A stretch of DNA of 64,000 nucleotides from Candidatus Bathyarchaeota archaeon (GCA_963782525.1 CAWAKC010000003.1:1-64000); one strand, 5' to 3'. Positions 21,530 through 32,085 are shown, counted from the first letter of the stretch. Notes: generated by a model from the letters alone, not told the origin. Numbers and translations: made by a program.

Positions 21530-22501
21530 GTGTCAGAGAACCAAAAAACAAGCCAAGAAGGAAACATCAACCTACAAATTGACAAGATAAAAAAGCAAAT
21601 TGGTGAAGCAAACAACCAAATTAAAAAGTTTGTTGAGAAGAGAAACCAATTGCATGAGCAAGTACGCAAGACCCGCGACGGTATTAACCAGATAAAAACA
21701 GAGAGAGATGCCCTCAACGAAAAAGTCAAGTTACTCAAAGAGCAAAGAGATGTAATCCGGGCGAAAATTACTCCAATTATGGAAGCTGTAAATTCGGTAG
21801 ACGTAAAAATCGCTGAACTTAGAAAGAATGTGCCGCGTGTTAGTCAACGCGAATTACAAGAAGAGCTTGACGCTATTGAATGGAAAATTTCTACAACTTC
21901 GCTGGACATGCAGGAAGAGAAACGTCTTGTAGGTGAAGTGAAAGAGCTTGAATTGCAGCTTAAAGGCTACAAAAAAATTGACAAACAACATCTAAAAATC
22001 AAGGAGCTGCTTGCCCAGCGTAAAGTGCTGGATGAACAAGCAGATGTTTTCCACAAAGAATTAACTGATTTAGCCAAGAAAAGCCAAGAATTGCATGCTA
22101 CTATGATAGATAAAGTGAATGCTGTCAAAAAAGACAGGGCTGAAGCCGATAGCCTACATCAAGCATTTATTTTAGCTAAGACGCAGAACACTCTTTGGTA
22201 TGAACAAGTTAGGGAGTTGATTGACCAAAATAGAGGTTTGAGGGCTGCATCTAGAGGAATTGACCTTGCTAGGCGGAAGGAAGAAGAAGATAGATGGAAA
22301 GAAGAGCAAGGTAGGCGAAAAGAAGATCAAGCTAAACGAAAAGAGGAACAAGCTCTCAGAGCAGTTAAAGAAAAAGAGATAAAAGATAAAATTGGTTCCG
22401 AAGCTAAAGAGAAACTGCAACGAGGCGAAAAAGTGAACTGGGAAGAGTTCCAGCTGATGCTCGGCGACGACAAAGAGGATGGCTCAGAAACACAAGATTA
22501 A
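21530..22501 (+). CDS. Archaeal coiled-coil protein (COG1340-like)
   Basis: Long heptad pattern, IEWKISTTSL..EEKRLV, C-terminal EKLQRGEKVNWEEF; upstream of DUF373. Confidence 0.75.
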   Translation: MSENQKTSQEGNINLQIDKIKKQIGEANNQIKKFVEKRNQLHEQVRKTRDGINQIKTERDALNEKVKLLKEQRDVIRAKITPIMEAVNSVDVKIAELRKNVPRVSQRELQEELDAIEWKISTTSLDMQEEKRLVGEVKELELQLKGYKKIDKQHLKIKELLAQRKVLDEQADVFHKELTDLAKKSQELHATMIDKVNAVKKDRAEADSLHQAFILAKTQNTLWYEQVRELIDQNRGLRAASRGIDLARRKEEEDRWKEEQGRRKEDQAKRKEEQALRAVKEKEIKDKIGSEAKEKLQRGEKVNWEEFQLMLGDDKEDGSETQD

Positions 22502-22539
22502 AGTTAAGTACCTATATTAATGAAGATAGAGATTTCGCG

Positions 22540-23766
22540 ATGGCTAAAAAGGAAACGCATCCCCAGGCGCAAAAGCGTATCCTAATTTTATGTGTTGATA
22601 GAGATGGCGATCTGGAAGTTAAAGCAGGCATAAAAACACCTCTTCTAGGAAGAACCTCTAACCTGGACGGCGCTGTAGCTTTAGCCTTAAATGATCCCGA
22701 AGAACCAGACGCCAACGCCATGTTTGAAGCCGTTAGACTCTACGATCGTTTACATGATGAAAAGCAGCCTGAAGAAATCTTTGAAGTTGCAACCATCTCC
22801 GGTAACGAGTTAGGCGGCGTAAGTGCTGACCGAAAACTGGTTGCTGAACTAAACACCTTGCAAGAATCCTTTAACGCCAACGAGGTTATTTTGGTTACGG
22901 ATGGCTACTCGGATGAGGCAGTTTTGCCGTTGGTGGAATCCAGAGTCCCTGTCTCCTCAGTCAGACGCATAGTTATCAAACATAGCGAATCCATCGAAGA
23001 AACCGCTGCAGTCTTCACCAAATACGTTCGTTTACTTGTTGATAATCCAAGGTATGCTCGTGTGGCTTTGGGTTTGCCAGGTATCTTGGTTCTAATTTTT
23101 GGAATCTTTTGGGGAATCAACCTATTTTACCCAAACACAATTTACTATTATGGAATTGCCTTTGTTTTGGTCCTTGGTGGGTTTTTGCTGCTTAAGGGCT
23201 TTGGTGTGGACAAAGCAACTAAAGACGCCTACAAATGGGTAAGAGACTATTCGCCGCCCCCGCTTCCTATGCAAATCTCAAACTACGCAGTTATTGCGGG
23301 AATACTCTGCATTGCCGTAAGTGTCTATTTGGGTATAGCCAGCGTCAGCATTAACGTTGCTCCGTTTCCCAGCGATCTCGGCGGATGGTTCGCTATTTCC
23401 CCGAAGATAGCCTCTTTCTTCATTAAAGGCGTCCAAGACTTGCTAGTAGTTGGTGTAAGTATCATTCTTTTAGGCAGAAGCGTTCGATTGTATTTTGAGC
23501 GGGATTCAAGGTTACTGCGGAACGCAGCCTTGATTGTTTCTGTGGCTTGGTCACGATGGGTCTTAGAAGGAACAGCCAACGTAATCATATACTACTACAA
23601 CAAGTCTTCACCAGTCATCGGCATAAATGACCCGATATTCTCAAGCTTCCTATTCACCATAATAGTTGGCATCTTAATCGGCGTGGCTTCGGTCCTGCTG
23701 ATTTACATAGTTAACAGGTCAGCAAAAGACTTCTTTAAGAAGAAAGAAAAAGCTGAAGATCTCTAA
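22540..23766 (+). CDS. DUF373 family membrane protein
   Basis: LCVDRDGDL, DPEEPDANAMF, VTDGYSDE, then several TM helices. Confidence 0.88.
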   Translation: MAKKETHPQAQKRILILCVDRDGDLEVKAGIKTPLLGRTSNLDGAVALALNDPEEPDANAMFEAVRLYDRLHDEKQPEEIFEVATISGNELGGVSADRKLVAELNTLQESFNANEVILVTDGYSDEAVLPLVESRVPVSSVRRIVIKHSESIEETAAVFTKYVRLLVDNPRYARVALGLPGILVLIFGIFWGINLFYPNTIYYYGIAFVLVLGGFLLLKGFGVDKATKDAYKWVRDYSPPPLPMQISNYAVIAGILCIAVSVYLGIASVSINVAPFPSDLGGWFAISPKIASFFIKGVQDLLVVGVSIILLGRSVRLYFERDSRLLRNAALIVSVAWSRWVLEGTANVIIYYYNKSSPVIGINDPIFSSFLFTIIVGILIGVASVLLIYIVNRSAKDFFKKKEKAEDL

Positions 23767-23884
23767 TTTTTTTCGGGTTTATTTTTCTCTTATTTAGAGG
23801 AAACTTTAATTGAACCCATCAAGGTTTTAGCTATTATGCAAGCTAAGATGCATGTGCTAATTCCTTCACACATGAGAGGTCCAA

Positions 23885-24685
23885 GTGGTGCTTGAGAGGT
23901 TTCTATCAGTCATCGGCGCTTACAAGGTTTACGAGAAATGGCTATGGCAACAGGTTAAAAACGGCGTTAAACCCGAACATGTAGCGATAATTCTGGATGG
24001 GAACCGGCGTTGGGCCAATGAGAATGAAACGCACCCCATGCTGACAAGGGACAAATGGGGTCATGGTGGCGGCGCCGACACAGTTGAGCAGCTTTTAGAT
24101 TGGAGCCATATGATAGGTGTAAAATACGTTACTCTCTACACTTTCTCCACCGAAAACTTTGGTAGGCACTCAGATGAAGTTGCGCAGATTATGCATATTG
24201 CTGAAGAGCGTTTCCGTAAACTCTTGAAAGATGAACGTCTTCATCGGGACAAAATCCATGTCAAAGTTATCGGTAGAACAAATATGCTGCCTGATAGCTT
24301 GCAAAAAACCATTGCAGAACTTGAAAAAGCAACAGAAAACTATGATTGTTTCTTTTGGAACTTTGCCTTTGCTTATGGTGGCAGAGCAGAAATTGTGGAT
24401 GCAGCCAAAACCATTGCCCAGAAAGTGCAGAACAAAGAACTGGAAATCGACGACATCACAGAGGGAACCTTTGAAAAGTACCTATACACCTCCCACATGA
24501 CTAAACAAGACCCCGATATGATTATACGAACGTCCGGGGAAGAACGCTTAAGCGGATTCCTACTTTGGCAAGCAGCTTATAGTGAACTGTTGTTCTTGGA
24601 CGTTTACTGGCCCGACTTCCGTCTCATCGACCTTTTGAGAGCTATTCGAGTGTTCCAGCATCGCAAACGCCGTTTCGGCTCTTAA
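23885..24685 (+). CDS. uppS: cis-prenyltransferase (polyprenyl diphosphate synthase)
   Basis: HVAIILDGNRRW, FSTENF, YGGRAEI, RTSGEERLSGFLLWQ. Confidence 0.95.
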   Translation: MVLERFLSVIGAYKVYEKWLWQQVKNGVKPEHVAIILDGNRRWANENETHPMLTRDKWGHGGGADTVEQLLDWSHMIGVKYVTLYTFSTENFGRHSDEVAQIMHIAEERFRKLLKDERLHRDKIHVKVIGRTNMLPDSLQKTIAELEKATENYDCFFWNFAFAYGGRAEIVDAAKTIAQKVQNKELEIDDITEGTFEKYLYTSHMTKQDPDMIIRTSGEERLSGFLLWQAAYSELLFLDVYWPDFRLIDLLRAIRVFQHRKRRFGS

Positions 24686-24693
24686 GAAAAAGA

Positions 24694-25923
24694 TTAAGAA
24701 CGTTTTTTGGCGCTTACAATCGATATGACATCGCGGTCTTTTAGGATGGCATCTTCACCGATTCTTCTTTTGTCTCTGGCATCGATGGCGTAGAGGAAGT
24801 TTTCTCCCAGTTCAGTGTGGATTACGTAGGCGAATAGGTGGGCAGTTGTGCCTTTGGGAACAAGGTAGGCGTCGGGTAGGATGCGTCCGTTGTGGTCTGA
24901 GAGGTGCTCTAAGTCTTCAACTGGGTAAACGGTTATCATGTCGAGGAGCTTGAAATAAGCAATGTTTATGGCTTCTTGCACACCCGTGGAACCGTTGGTT
25001 TTGAGGATTTTTTCTTTAACCTGTTCCAGAGCCCTTATCTGACCAGCAGATAACTTTTCAGGATGAATGATTTTGAAGTCTTTGTCGCCTGGCTTATAAT
25101 CAATCAACTGCTTCTCCGAAGCGCGTCTTAGCACCAACTCTGCTTCTGCCGAGGCGGGGATAACGATGTAATCAAGTTTTTTCATTCGTTCAACGTTTGC
25201 TTGAGCAGTTGGCAAATCTATCTTATTGGCAACAATAAGAAGCGGTTTAGATATTCGCCGTAAGTTGTCTATGAAACGGTAAAAGTCCTCATCTGTCCAG
25301 GAGGCGGGACTGTCAATGTTCAAGTTTGCTCGCCGAGCAGCCTCGCTGATGAATTGGCGTTTTATGCTCAATCCTGATAAGCGATCCTCAAGATGATGCG
25401 CTATGCCCTTTTTGTCGGCTTCCGCCGTTCGGGCGATTTTTGACCAATCTTTCTTAAGTATGTTGACCATCCACATGGTTATTTCGCGTTCCAAAAACTG
25501 CACATCTTCAAGAGGGTCATGTTCGCCAGGTTTGCAGCTTTTTCCTTCACAGTCTGTTCCACCTGACGCATCAACGACGTGGATGAGAGCATCTGCGCGG
25601 CGGATTTCATCTAGAAACTGGTTTCCCAAACCCTTCCCTTCCCAAGCGCCAGGAACGATGCCTGCTATATCAATTAATTCTACGGGGACCAGCCGAGTGC
25701 CGTCGAGGCAGAGGCTGTTTCGTGGGTTGTCTTGGACTTGAAATTCGCCATGGACGCAGGGTGTTCGGACGTAGCCGACGCCTCGGTTGGGTTTAATGGT
25801 TGTGAAAGGGTAATTGGCTATTTCAGCCGCAACCAACGTGGCCGCGCTAAAGAACGTGGATTTTCCCGTGTTAGGTTTCCCAACGACTCCAAGTAAACGT
25901 GAATACGACTTTTGCATTGACAA
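24694..25923 (-). CDS. ychF: OBG-family ATPase/GTPase YchF with TGS domain
   Basis: GKPNTGKST, NYPFTT, DIAG, GLGNQFL, NKID. Confidence 0.92.
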   Translation of the reverse strand: MSMQKSYSRLLGVVGKPNTGKSTFFSAATLVAAEIANYPFTTIKPNRGVGYVRTPCVHGEFQVQDNPRNSLCLDGTRLVPVELIDIAGIVPGAWEGKGLGNQFLDEIRRADALIHVVDASGGTDCEGKSCKPGEHDPLEDVQFLEREITMWMVNILKKDWSKIARTAEADKKGIAHHLEDRLSGLSIKRQFISEAARRANLNIDSPASWTDEDFYRFIDNLRRISKPLLIVANKIDLPTAQANVERMKKLDYIVIPASAEAELVLRRASEKQLIDYKPGDKDFKIIHPEKLSAGQIRALEQVKEKILKTNGSTGVQEAINIAYFKLLDMITVYPVEDLEHLSDHNGRILPDAYLVPKGTTAHLFAYVIHTELGENFLYAIDARDKRRIGEDAILKDRDVISIVSAKKRS

Positions 25924-26143
25924 TTTCTTTTCACTTACTGTAATGTTGCAGTGCGTTGGGCTATATCATTTGCGCTTACAACAAAGAAAAACAGCACTTC
26001 AAATTAGATTTCAACATGCTAGTGGGCTGGTTTTTAACCAATACCGACCGCCCCTATAAGTTTCTGTAATCATATCCCGATAGGACCAAATATGAGCCAA
26101 ATACAGCAGTTTCGGCAACGTAAAAATGTCAGCAATTTTTATG

Positions 26144-26168
26144 AGTACTACCTTACAATAGTACTACC
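26144..26168. promoter_or_regulatory. Candidate vapBC operator: AGTACTACC x2
   Basis: Copies at 26144 and 26160 with a palindromic AGTACT core, between a TTTTTATG box and the antitoxin start. Confidence 0.5.
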
Positions 26169-26178
26169 GTTATTTAAG

Positions 26179-26408
26179 TTGGAAAATGAAGTTGTGGTAA
26201 CAAGAAAAGGGCAAACAACAATCCCCGTCAAGCTTCGACGCAAATACAATATTGAAGAGGGAACAAGGCTTGAGGTTGTTGACACAAATGACGTATCCTT
26301 CTTAAAAGAAAATTAACCACGTTTGACCTTGCGGGTTCCGGCGTTAAATATGCTACGGTCGAGGAAATGAAGAAGTTACTTGATGAACTCAGGGCTGAAA
26401 ATGAGTAA
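26179..26408 (+). CDS. vapB: AbrB/MazE-type antitoxin (frameshift ~26292)
   Basis: VTRKGQTTIPVKLRRKYNIEEG; the shifted frame continues ILLKRK...FDLAGSG...LDELRAENE. Confidence 0.75.
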
Positions 26409-26785
26409 AGCAGTTTACGACACAAGGTTTTTTAGAAAATTATTATTCTCCAAACTCTAAAATTATAAAAAAACTACGAGAACACGCAAAAAACACGCAA
26501 GAACGATTCATTTCAGCGATTGTTATACATGAATTATATCAGTTAACATTAAAAAGGGAAGGTAGGGAAGCTGCAGAGCTTAGGACAACGCTTCTGGAAG
26601 AAGATTTTCGAATCGTTAATGTTGATGCCGAAATAGCAAAGTTATCGGCTGAAATCAGGTTGAAACATGACATGTCGATGGCTGATAGCATAATAGCCGC
26701 TACAGCGTTATCGCTGAAGGCAACCTGCATCTCGGATGACCTACATTTTAAGGCTGTAGACGAAATCAAAACCCAATGGATTTAA
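26401..26785 (+). CDS. vapC: PIN-domain toxin (frameshift in the T-run at ~26430)
   Basis: VYDTRFF...ISAIVIHEL...MSMADSIIAATA...SDDLHF; absent from the ORF track because of the frameshift. Confidence 0.8.
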
Positions 26786-26929
26786 CCAAGTAACGAACCT
26801 ACCTCTATAGGTGCAGTGCAAGGGTTGGATATTAGGATCGGATCCAAATAACTTTTGGCTTCTGAGAAACAGGGTGACATCTAAAGCTTTAAGGGCAATA
26901 TGGGTTTATGTTTTATTGGCGGTTGTTCT

Positions 26930-29311
26930 GTGAAAGTTGTTTTTTGGCTCTTAGACATTAACCCCAAAATCGACGAAGACAAAGGCACACTCGAGTTGTG
27001 GCTTTGGGGTATTGATTCAGCTGGCAATCGAGTGCTCATCGTTGACTGCAACTTTACTGCTTACTTCTACGCTGTGGTGGCTGAGGGTTTTGATGCGTCG
27101 AAAACTGCCCAGGCAACAATGTCGGCTTATGGCGAGTCAATTGTGAAGGTGGAAATTGCTGACCGCCGTTTCTTTGGCAAACCCGTGCAGGCAATTAAGG
27201 TCTGTTGCAGGGTTGCAACTGAAACTGGAAAGCTTGCCAAGCAACTTCGAAGCGTCGAAGGGGTAGCTGATTGCCTCGAAGACGACGTTCGCGCTTCCAT
27301 GCGCTACCTCATCGACAATAACTTGGCGCCTTGCACATGGCAAGAGGTAGATGCAACTGAAGGAGAGAACACGGAGGGCGTAAGAGTAGCCAAGGTCTAT
27401 TATGCAAAGGCGCCTCCCAAGCAGCTGGATGACGTGGCTGTCCCATCACTGAGGATTCTGGGATTCTCAATGATTTGCTACAGTCGCGAAGGCTCACCCA
27501 AACCAGACCGCAACCCCATCCTAATCATTTCAACCACCACCAGCAAGGGTGAAACACGACAGTTCATCGCAGACGAAGACAAAAATGACAAACCCGTCAT
27601 CCAAGACTTCATCGCCTACCTCTGCGAGTTTGACCCTGACATCATCGCAAGTTACGGCGCCAACACTGTGGACTGGACTTACCTGAAAGGTAGAACCCGA
27701 AAACTCAAGTTGAAACTTGACTTTGACAGAGCACACCTTGAACCTCACACCAGTATCTACGGACACGTTTCAACCACGGGCACAGTGAACGTTGATTTAG
27801 CGGATTTTATGGATGTGTTTCCTGAGGTTAAGGTTAAGACGCTTTGGAATTTTGCGGACCACTTGGGTATGTTGAAGGATCGGCAAACTGTTGTTGAGGA
27901 TGTTGCGTTTGCGGATTTTTGGGATGACAAGCAAAAACGCGAAGAACTAAAGCGCTTCGGTTTAGATAGCGCCTGCAAAGTCCAGGGGACGGCAGCATTG
28001 CTTTTGGACTTTGCCATGCAACTCGCCAGTCTGACAAGCCTGCCTCTGGACCACGTAATGACTGCTGCGGTGGGTTTCCGTGTCGAATGGTTTTTAATTA
28101 AGCGGGCGCAGAAAATCGGCGAACTTATTCCCAATCGTATCGAACAACCCTACCGACCCTACGCTGGCGGCTTGGTGCTTTCACCGAAGCCCGGGTTGCA
28201 CGAAAACATTGCCGTTTTAGATTTTAAGTCGATGTACCCCAATATCATGATAACCTACAACCTCAGTCCCGATACCTATATTGCACCCAACGAGCCTGAA
28301 CCAGAAAGCGGCGTCTACGTAGCTCCTGAGGTTGGGTACCGTTTCCGTAAGGCACCGCCTGGATTCTACAAAGAAGCTCTCACCTACCTAATCAAGGTAA
28401 GAGGCAGCATCCGCCAAAAAATGAAGCCCCTAAACCCAAAAACCATCGAATACCACGTTTTGGATGCACGGCAAAAAGCAGTTAAAATCATAACGAATGC
28501 TGCTTACGGCTACGCTGGTTGGGTGGGTGCGCGATGGTACATTAAACCTGTCGCTGAAGCGGCGTCAGCCTGGGGGAGACACATAATTTTAACGGCGTCA
28601 CAGATGGCTGAAAAAGCCGAAATCCAAGTTGTGTACGGAGACACTGACAGTTTATTCCTCAGCTACGACAAAATCAAAGTTCAGAAACTCGAAGAAGAAA
28701 TCAAACGCGACCTCAAATTGGATGTGGATGTTGGAGAGGTTTACAAACGCATTTTCTTTACTGAAGCCAAAAAACGATATGCGGGTTTGCGGCAGGATGG
28801 TAGCTTGGACATTGTGGGTTTGGAGGTTATTCGAGGCGACTGGGCAGAAGTAGCTAAAAAAGTGCAGGAGCACGTACTCAAAATAATTCTTAATGAGCCT
28901 TCGCCTAAGAGGGCAATTGATTACGTGCGTTCTGTGATTGAGGATTTAAGACATCGCAAAGTTCCCTTGCATGACCTTATTATCTGGAAAACCCTCACTA
29001 AACCACCCGAAAACTACGCCATCAAAGCGCCCCATGTTGAAGCTGCAAAAATGCTCAAAGAAAAGGGTTGGCGATTAACGGGCGGCGACAAAGTAGGCTA
29101 CGTAATTTTAACCGGACAGGGGCGCCTCTACAACCGAGTAAAACCCTACGTTTTCACCAAACTCGAAGAAATAGACGTTGAATACTACATAACTAATCAG
29201 GTTTTACCGGCAGCCTCAAGAATCCTATCATTTTTCAACGTTACAGAAGCTGAATTGCTAAAAGAAACGAAAGAAACACAAGAAATTAGAAGCCTAATGG
29301 ATTATGTTTAG
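26930..29311 (+). CDS. polB: Family B DNA polymerase (PolB3-like) with degenerate 3'-5' exonuclease motifs
   Basis: DFKSMYP, KIITNAAYGY, YGDTDS, KKRY; GTG at 26930 is the likely start. Confidence 0.93.
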   Translation: MKVVFWLLDINPKIDEDKGTLELWLWGIDSAGNRVLIVDCNFTAYFYAVVAEGFDASKTAQATMSAYGESIVKVEIADRRFFGKPVQAIKVCCRVATETGKLAKQLRSVEGVADCLEDDVRASMRYLIDNNLAPCTWQEVDATEGENTEGVRVAKVYYAKAPPKQLDDVAVPSLRILGFSMICYSREGSPKPDRNPILIISTTTSKGETRQFIADEDKNDKPVIQDFIAYLCEFDPDIIASYGANTVDWTYLKGRTRKLKLKLDFDRAHLEPHTSIYGHVSTTGTVNVDLADFMDVFPEVKVKTLWNFADHLGMLKDRQTVVEDVAFADFWDDKQKREELKRFGLDSACKVQGTAALLLDFAMQLASLTSLPLDHVMTAAVGFRVEWFLIKRAQKIGELIPNRIEQPYRPYAGGLVLSPKPGLHENIAVLDFKSMYPNIMITYNLSPDTYIAPNEPEPESGVYVAPEVGYRFRKAPPGFYKEALTYLIKVRGSIRQKMKPLNPKTIEYHVLDARQKAVKIITNAAYGYAGWVGARWYIKPVAEAASAWGRHIILTASQMAEKAEIQVVYGDTDSLFLSYDKIKVQKLEEEIKRDLKLDVDVGEVYKRIFFTEAKKRYAGLRQDGSLDIVGLEVIRGDWAEVAKKVQEHVLKIILNEPSPKRAIDYVRSVIEDLRHRKVPLHDLIIWKTLTKPPENYAIKAPHVEAAKMLKEKGWRLTGGDKVGYVILTGQGRLYNRVKPYVFTKLEEIDVEYYITNQVLPAASRILSFFNVTEAELLKETKETQEIRSLMDYV

Positions 29312-30495
29312 GCTGGGGGGATAACGCTTTGGAACGTTATCAAGTCAACGTTTAACGCTGGTTTAACTGCTTCAGATACGCGTGAGGCAACGATGCGTTT
29401 GATGTTTTTGTCTGCTGAGATGTCAACGATTCTCTGGGTGATGATGCCGTCGAACACTATTGTGTCTACGCCTGTTACCTGTGTGAGTTTTTCTGCAAGC
29501 TGGCTTACCGGTAGGCGCTCGATTAATTCGAGTTTTTCGTTTAAGAGGACTGCTTCAAGTGTGCCAACTAATGCTTTTGCCGCTTGAACTATAGTGTCTG
29601 GAACTTCAACTTTGACGCGTTCGGGAACAACAACCTTCTTTGGTGCTGGTGGCGGTGGGGTTGGTTTGGCTGCGCCTGCAGCTTCAGCAATTGGCAACTT
29701 GTTTTCTATGGCTTCAGCGATTTCTTTGCAGTTGCATTCTTCGATTTCTTTGCCTCGTGGAGCACGACCGACAAACTTTACGTTTGTTACTTGCATGAGT
29801 TCTTTTAGGATTAAGTCGCCGCCTCGGTCGCCGTCAAGTAGCGCTGTGGCTGGTCTTTCTTTGGTTATCTTTTTGATTGAATCTGGGACTTTTGCGCCTT
29901 CAAGGGCTACGGTGTTAAAGATTCCGCATCGCATCAGGTTGATGACGTCTGCGCGGCCTTCAACTACATAGATTTCTTTGGCGCCTTCTAAGCCTGGTCC
30001 AGCGGGTAGGTCTTCTGGTCCGTATTTCTCAACTTTGCCGACTTTCATGGTGTCGCTGATTTCTTTGTAGACTTCGTCGACGCTTGGCATTGATTCGATG
30101 TTCCATCGGTGAAGGATTTCTTTGGCGCGGTCGATGATTATTTTTCGGCGTGCTTCGCGGATGTCTTCGATTTTGTCCAGTGTTACTTTGGCTGAGCAGG
30201 GTCCGACGCGGTTTATGCTTTCGACGCTTGCGGCGATGAGGGCTGTAGAAACCCGGTCTAGGCTTGTGGGTATGGTTATGTTTCCTGTGGTTCGGTCGTT
30301 TTTAGAGTGTAGGTCTATTTCGATTCTGCCGATGCGCCCGGTTTTTTGGAGTTCCCGCAAATCAAGTTCTGGACCGAAAAGTCCTTCTGTTTGCCCAAAA
30401 ACTGCTCCAATAACGTCGGGTTTTTCAACTACACCTTCAATTTCAAATCTAGCATGTACAACGTACTTTATCGTAAATGTTTGGGATGTTCCCGT
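29308..30495 (-). CDS. dnaG: Archaeal DnaG (TOPRIM; exosome-associated)
   Basis: VVEGRADV and DGDRGG; the frame stays open 45 codons upstream of the tracked TTG (KYVVHARFEIEGVVEKPDVIGAVFGQTEG). Confidence 0.92.
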   Translation of the reverse strand, partial: TGTSQTFTIKYVVHARFEIEGVVEKPDVIGAVFGQTEGLFGPELDLRELQKTGRIGRIEIDLHSKNDRTTGNITIPTSLDRVSTALIAASVESINRVGPCSAKVTLDKIEDIREARRKIIIDRAKEILHRWNIESMPSVDEVYKEISDTMKVGKVEKYGPEDLPAGPGLEGAKEIYVVEGRADVINLMRCGIFNTVALEGAKVPDSIKKITKERPATALLDGDRGGDLILKELMQVTNVKFVGRAPRGKEIEECNCKEIAEAIENKLPIAEAAGAAKPTPPPPAPKKVVVPERVKVEVPDTIVQAAKALVGTLEAVLLNEKLELIERLPVSQLAEKLTQVTGVDTIVFDGIITQRIVDISADKNIKRIVASRVSEAVKPALNVDLITFQSVIPPA

Positions 30496-31239
30496 AAATA
30501 TGCAACTCCAATGTAAGTTATATTTTATTTGATTATGTTAATCGCACATATGCGAGTTCTTCTCGCAACGATGAGATTTTAATTTATTACTAATGCAGAA
30601 TTTAGGTGCATTCTGTTTAATATAACTTGCGCAATGCTTCTTCACGTCCTTGAGACCGTTTATTTTTCTGTAGTAACTTTAAATTGGTTGATTAATGGAA
30701 AACCTCTTAAACAGAAATACTCAATAAAATATTAGATGGCTGGGGGGCTGCACGAATCATAAACAAAAGGAAAGAGTTTTTGTGAAATGAACACATTGCA
30801 ACCCCTCATCCAAAAAAATACCCTTCTTTTGTCATAAATACATTTTCCCAAATCAATCCCTACCCCTCTTTGAGTAGGTCATTTACTAAAGAAATCATTC
30901 TAGGGGACAGCTCAAACGTCGTTAAAGAAATAAATGTTGAAAATTAATATCTTGGGAATTTTACCGAAAAGTAGAGTTTGACGAAGCAACATCGTTAACT
31001 GATGCGGCACTAAAAACTTTTGTGAGAAGAGAGAGGAGAGAATCGAACCGCATTTTGGTTAGCTGTTGCTTCGCCAAACGTTTGCTACGTGGGTTACGTA
31101 TGCATAACATATCAACTTCAAATAAAAATAAAAGAATATGTGACTTCACATTGAAGCCAACATTCCGAAAAAACGCTAAAATAAACTTGCAACCCCCTCA
31201 ACTTAAATAACAAATCCTACAAAGAAGAATGCGGTATCC

Positions 31240-32034
31240 ATGAGCTTACGCTTAAACCCCGAATACGATAAACTGTTGCCAAAAATGAGTGAAGAAGAAT
31301 TTGCTGAACTTAAAAAATCCATACAAACTGACGGACAACATTACCCAATAATCGTGAACGAAGACTTAGAAGTGCTTGATGGGCACCACCGTTTCCGCGC
31401 CTGTACCGAACTCGGGATTGAGCCGGATTTTGAAGTACGGAAATTCGACGATAAACTCATGGAAAAAAAATTCGTTATCGAAGCAAACCTAAGACGCCGC
31501 CACCTAAACAACTTCCAACTTGTAGAATTAGCGGTGCCACTGCTTGAAATTGAGAAGGTACTTGCAAAGAAAAGGCAATCCATGGGCGGCAAAAACGAAC
31601 TTAACAAGCAATTGGGGGTAGCGTCAGAAGACGCTGAGTTTGAACAGGAACCCAAAGGGAAAGCGGTTGAGGTTGTGGCGAAGAAAGCAGGGGTGTCTCC
31701 TCGCACTTTGGAGCGGGGCAAAAAAATATTGGAGGAAGCCAGCGAAGATGAGAAGCAGAAGTTGCGGGAAGGAAAAACCAGCATATCTAAAGTCTACCAG
31801 GAAATCGTTGATAGCCAAAAACCGCCCCAACCCATCGTGGAACGGGAGCTTGAGTTTCCATCAGCCTACGAACTGCAAAACCTTGCAAACCTGCAGGCTC
31901 TCTTAGAGCAGCTTCAACGTCACCAAGTGTTCTGCCCAGAATGTGGAAACGCAATGCTTGAATGTAGCAAATGCCATACACTGCTGACAAAGATGATTCA
32001 ACAACCCAAAGATTCAGACAGAACTCAACAGTAA
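31240..32034 (+). CDS. ParB/Srx-like N-terminal domain + HTH + C-terminal Zn ribbon
   Basis: ELKKSI..DG...PIIV...LDGHHRFRAC, NLRRRHL, AKKAGVSPRT, CPEC...CSKC. Confidence 0.8.
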   Translation: MSLRLNPEYDKLLPKMSEEEFAELKKSIQTDGQHYPIIVNEDLEVLDGHHRFRACTELGIEPDFEVRKFDDKLMEKKFVIEANLRRRHLNNFQLVELAVPLLEIEKVLAKKRQSMGGKNELNKQLGVASEDAEFEQEPKGKAVEVVAKKAGVSPRTLERGKKILEEASEDEKQKLREGKTSISKVYQEIVDSQKPPQPIVERELEFPSAYELQNLANLQALLEQLQRHQVFCPECGNAMLECSKCHTLLTKMIQQPKDSDRTQQ

Positions 32035-32085
32035 CCACTTACTGGTTTAAAGAATTTGAGCCATTAAGAGACGCTGATGCTTCCA

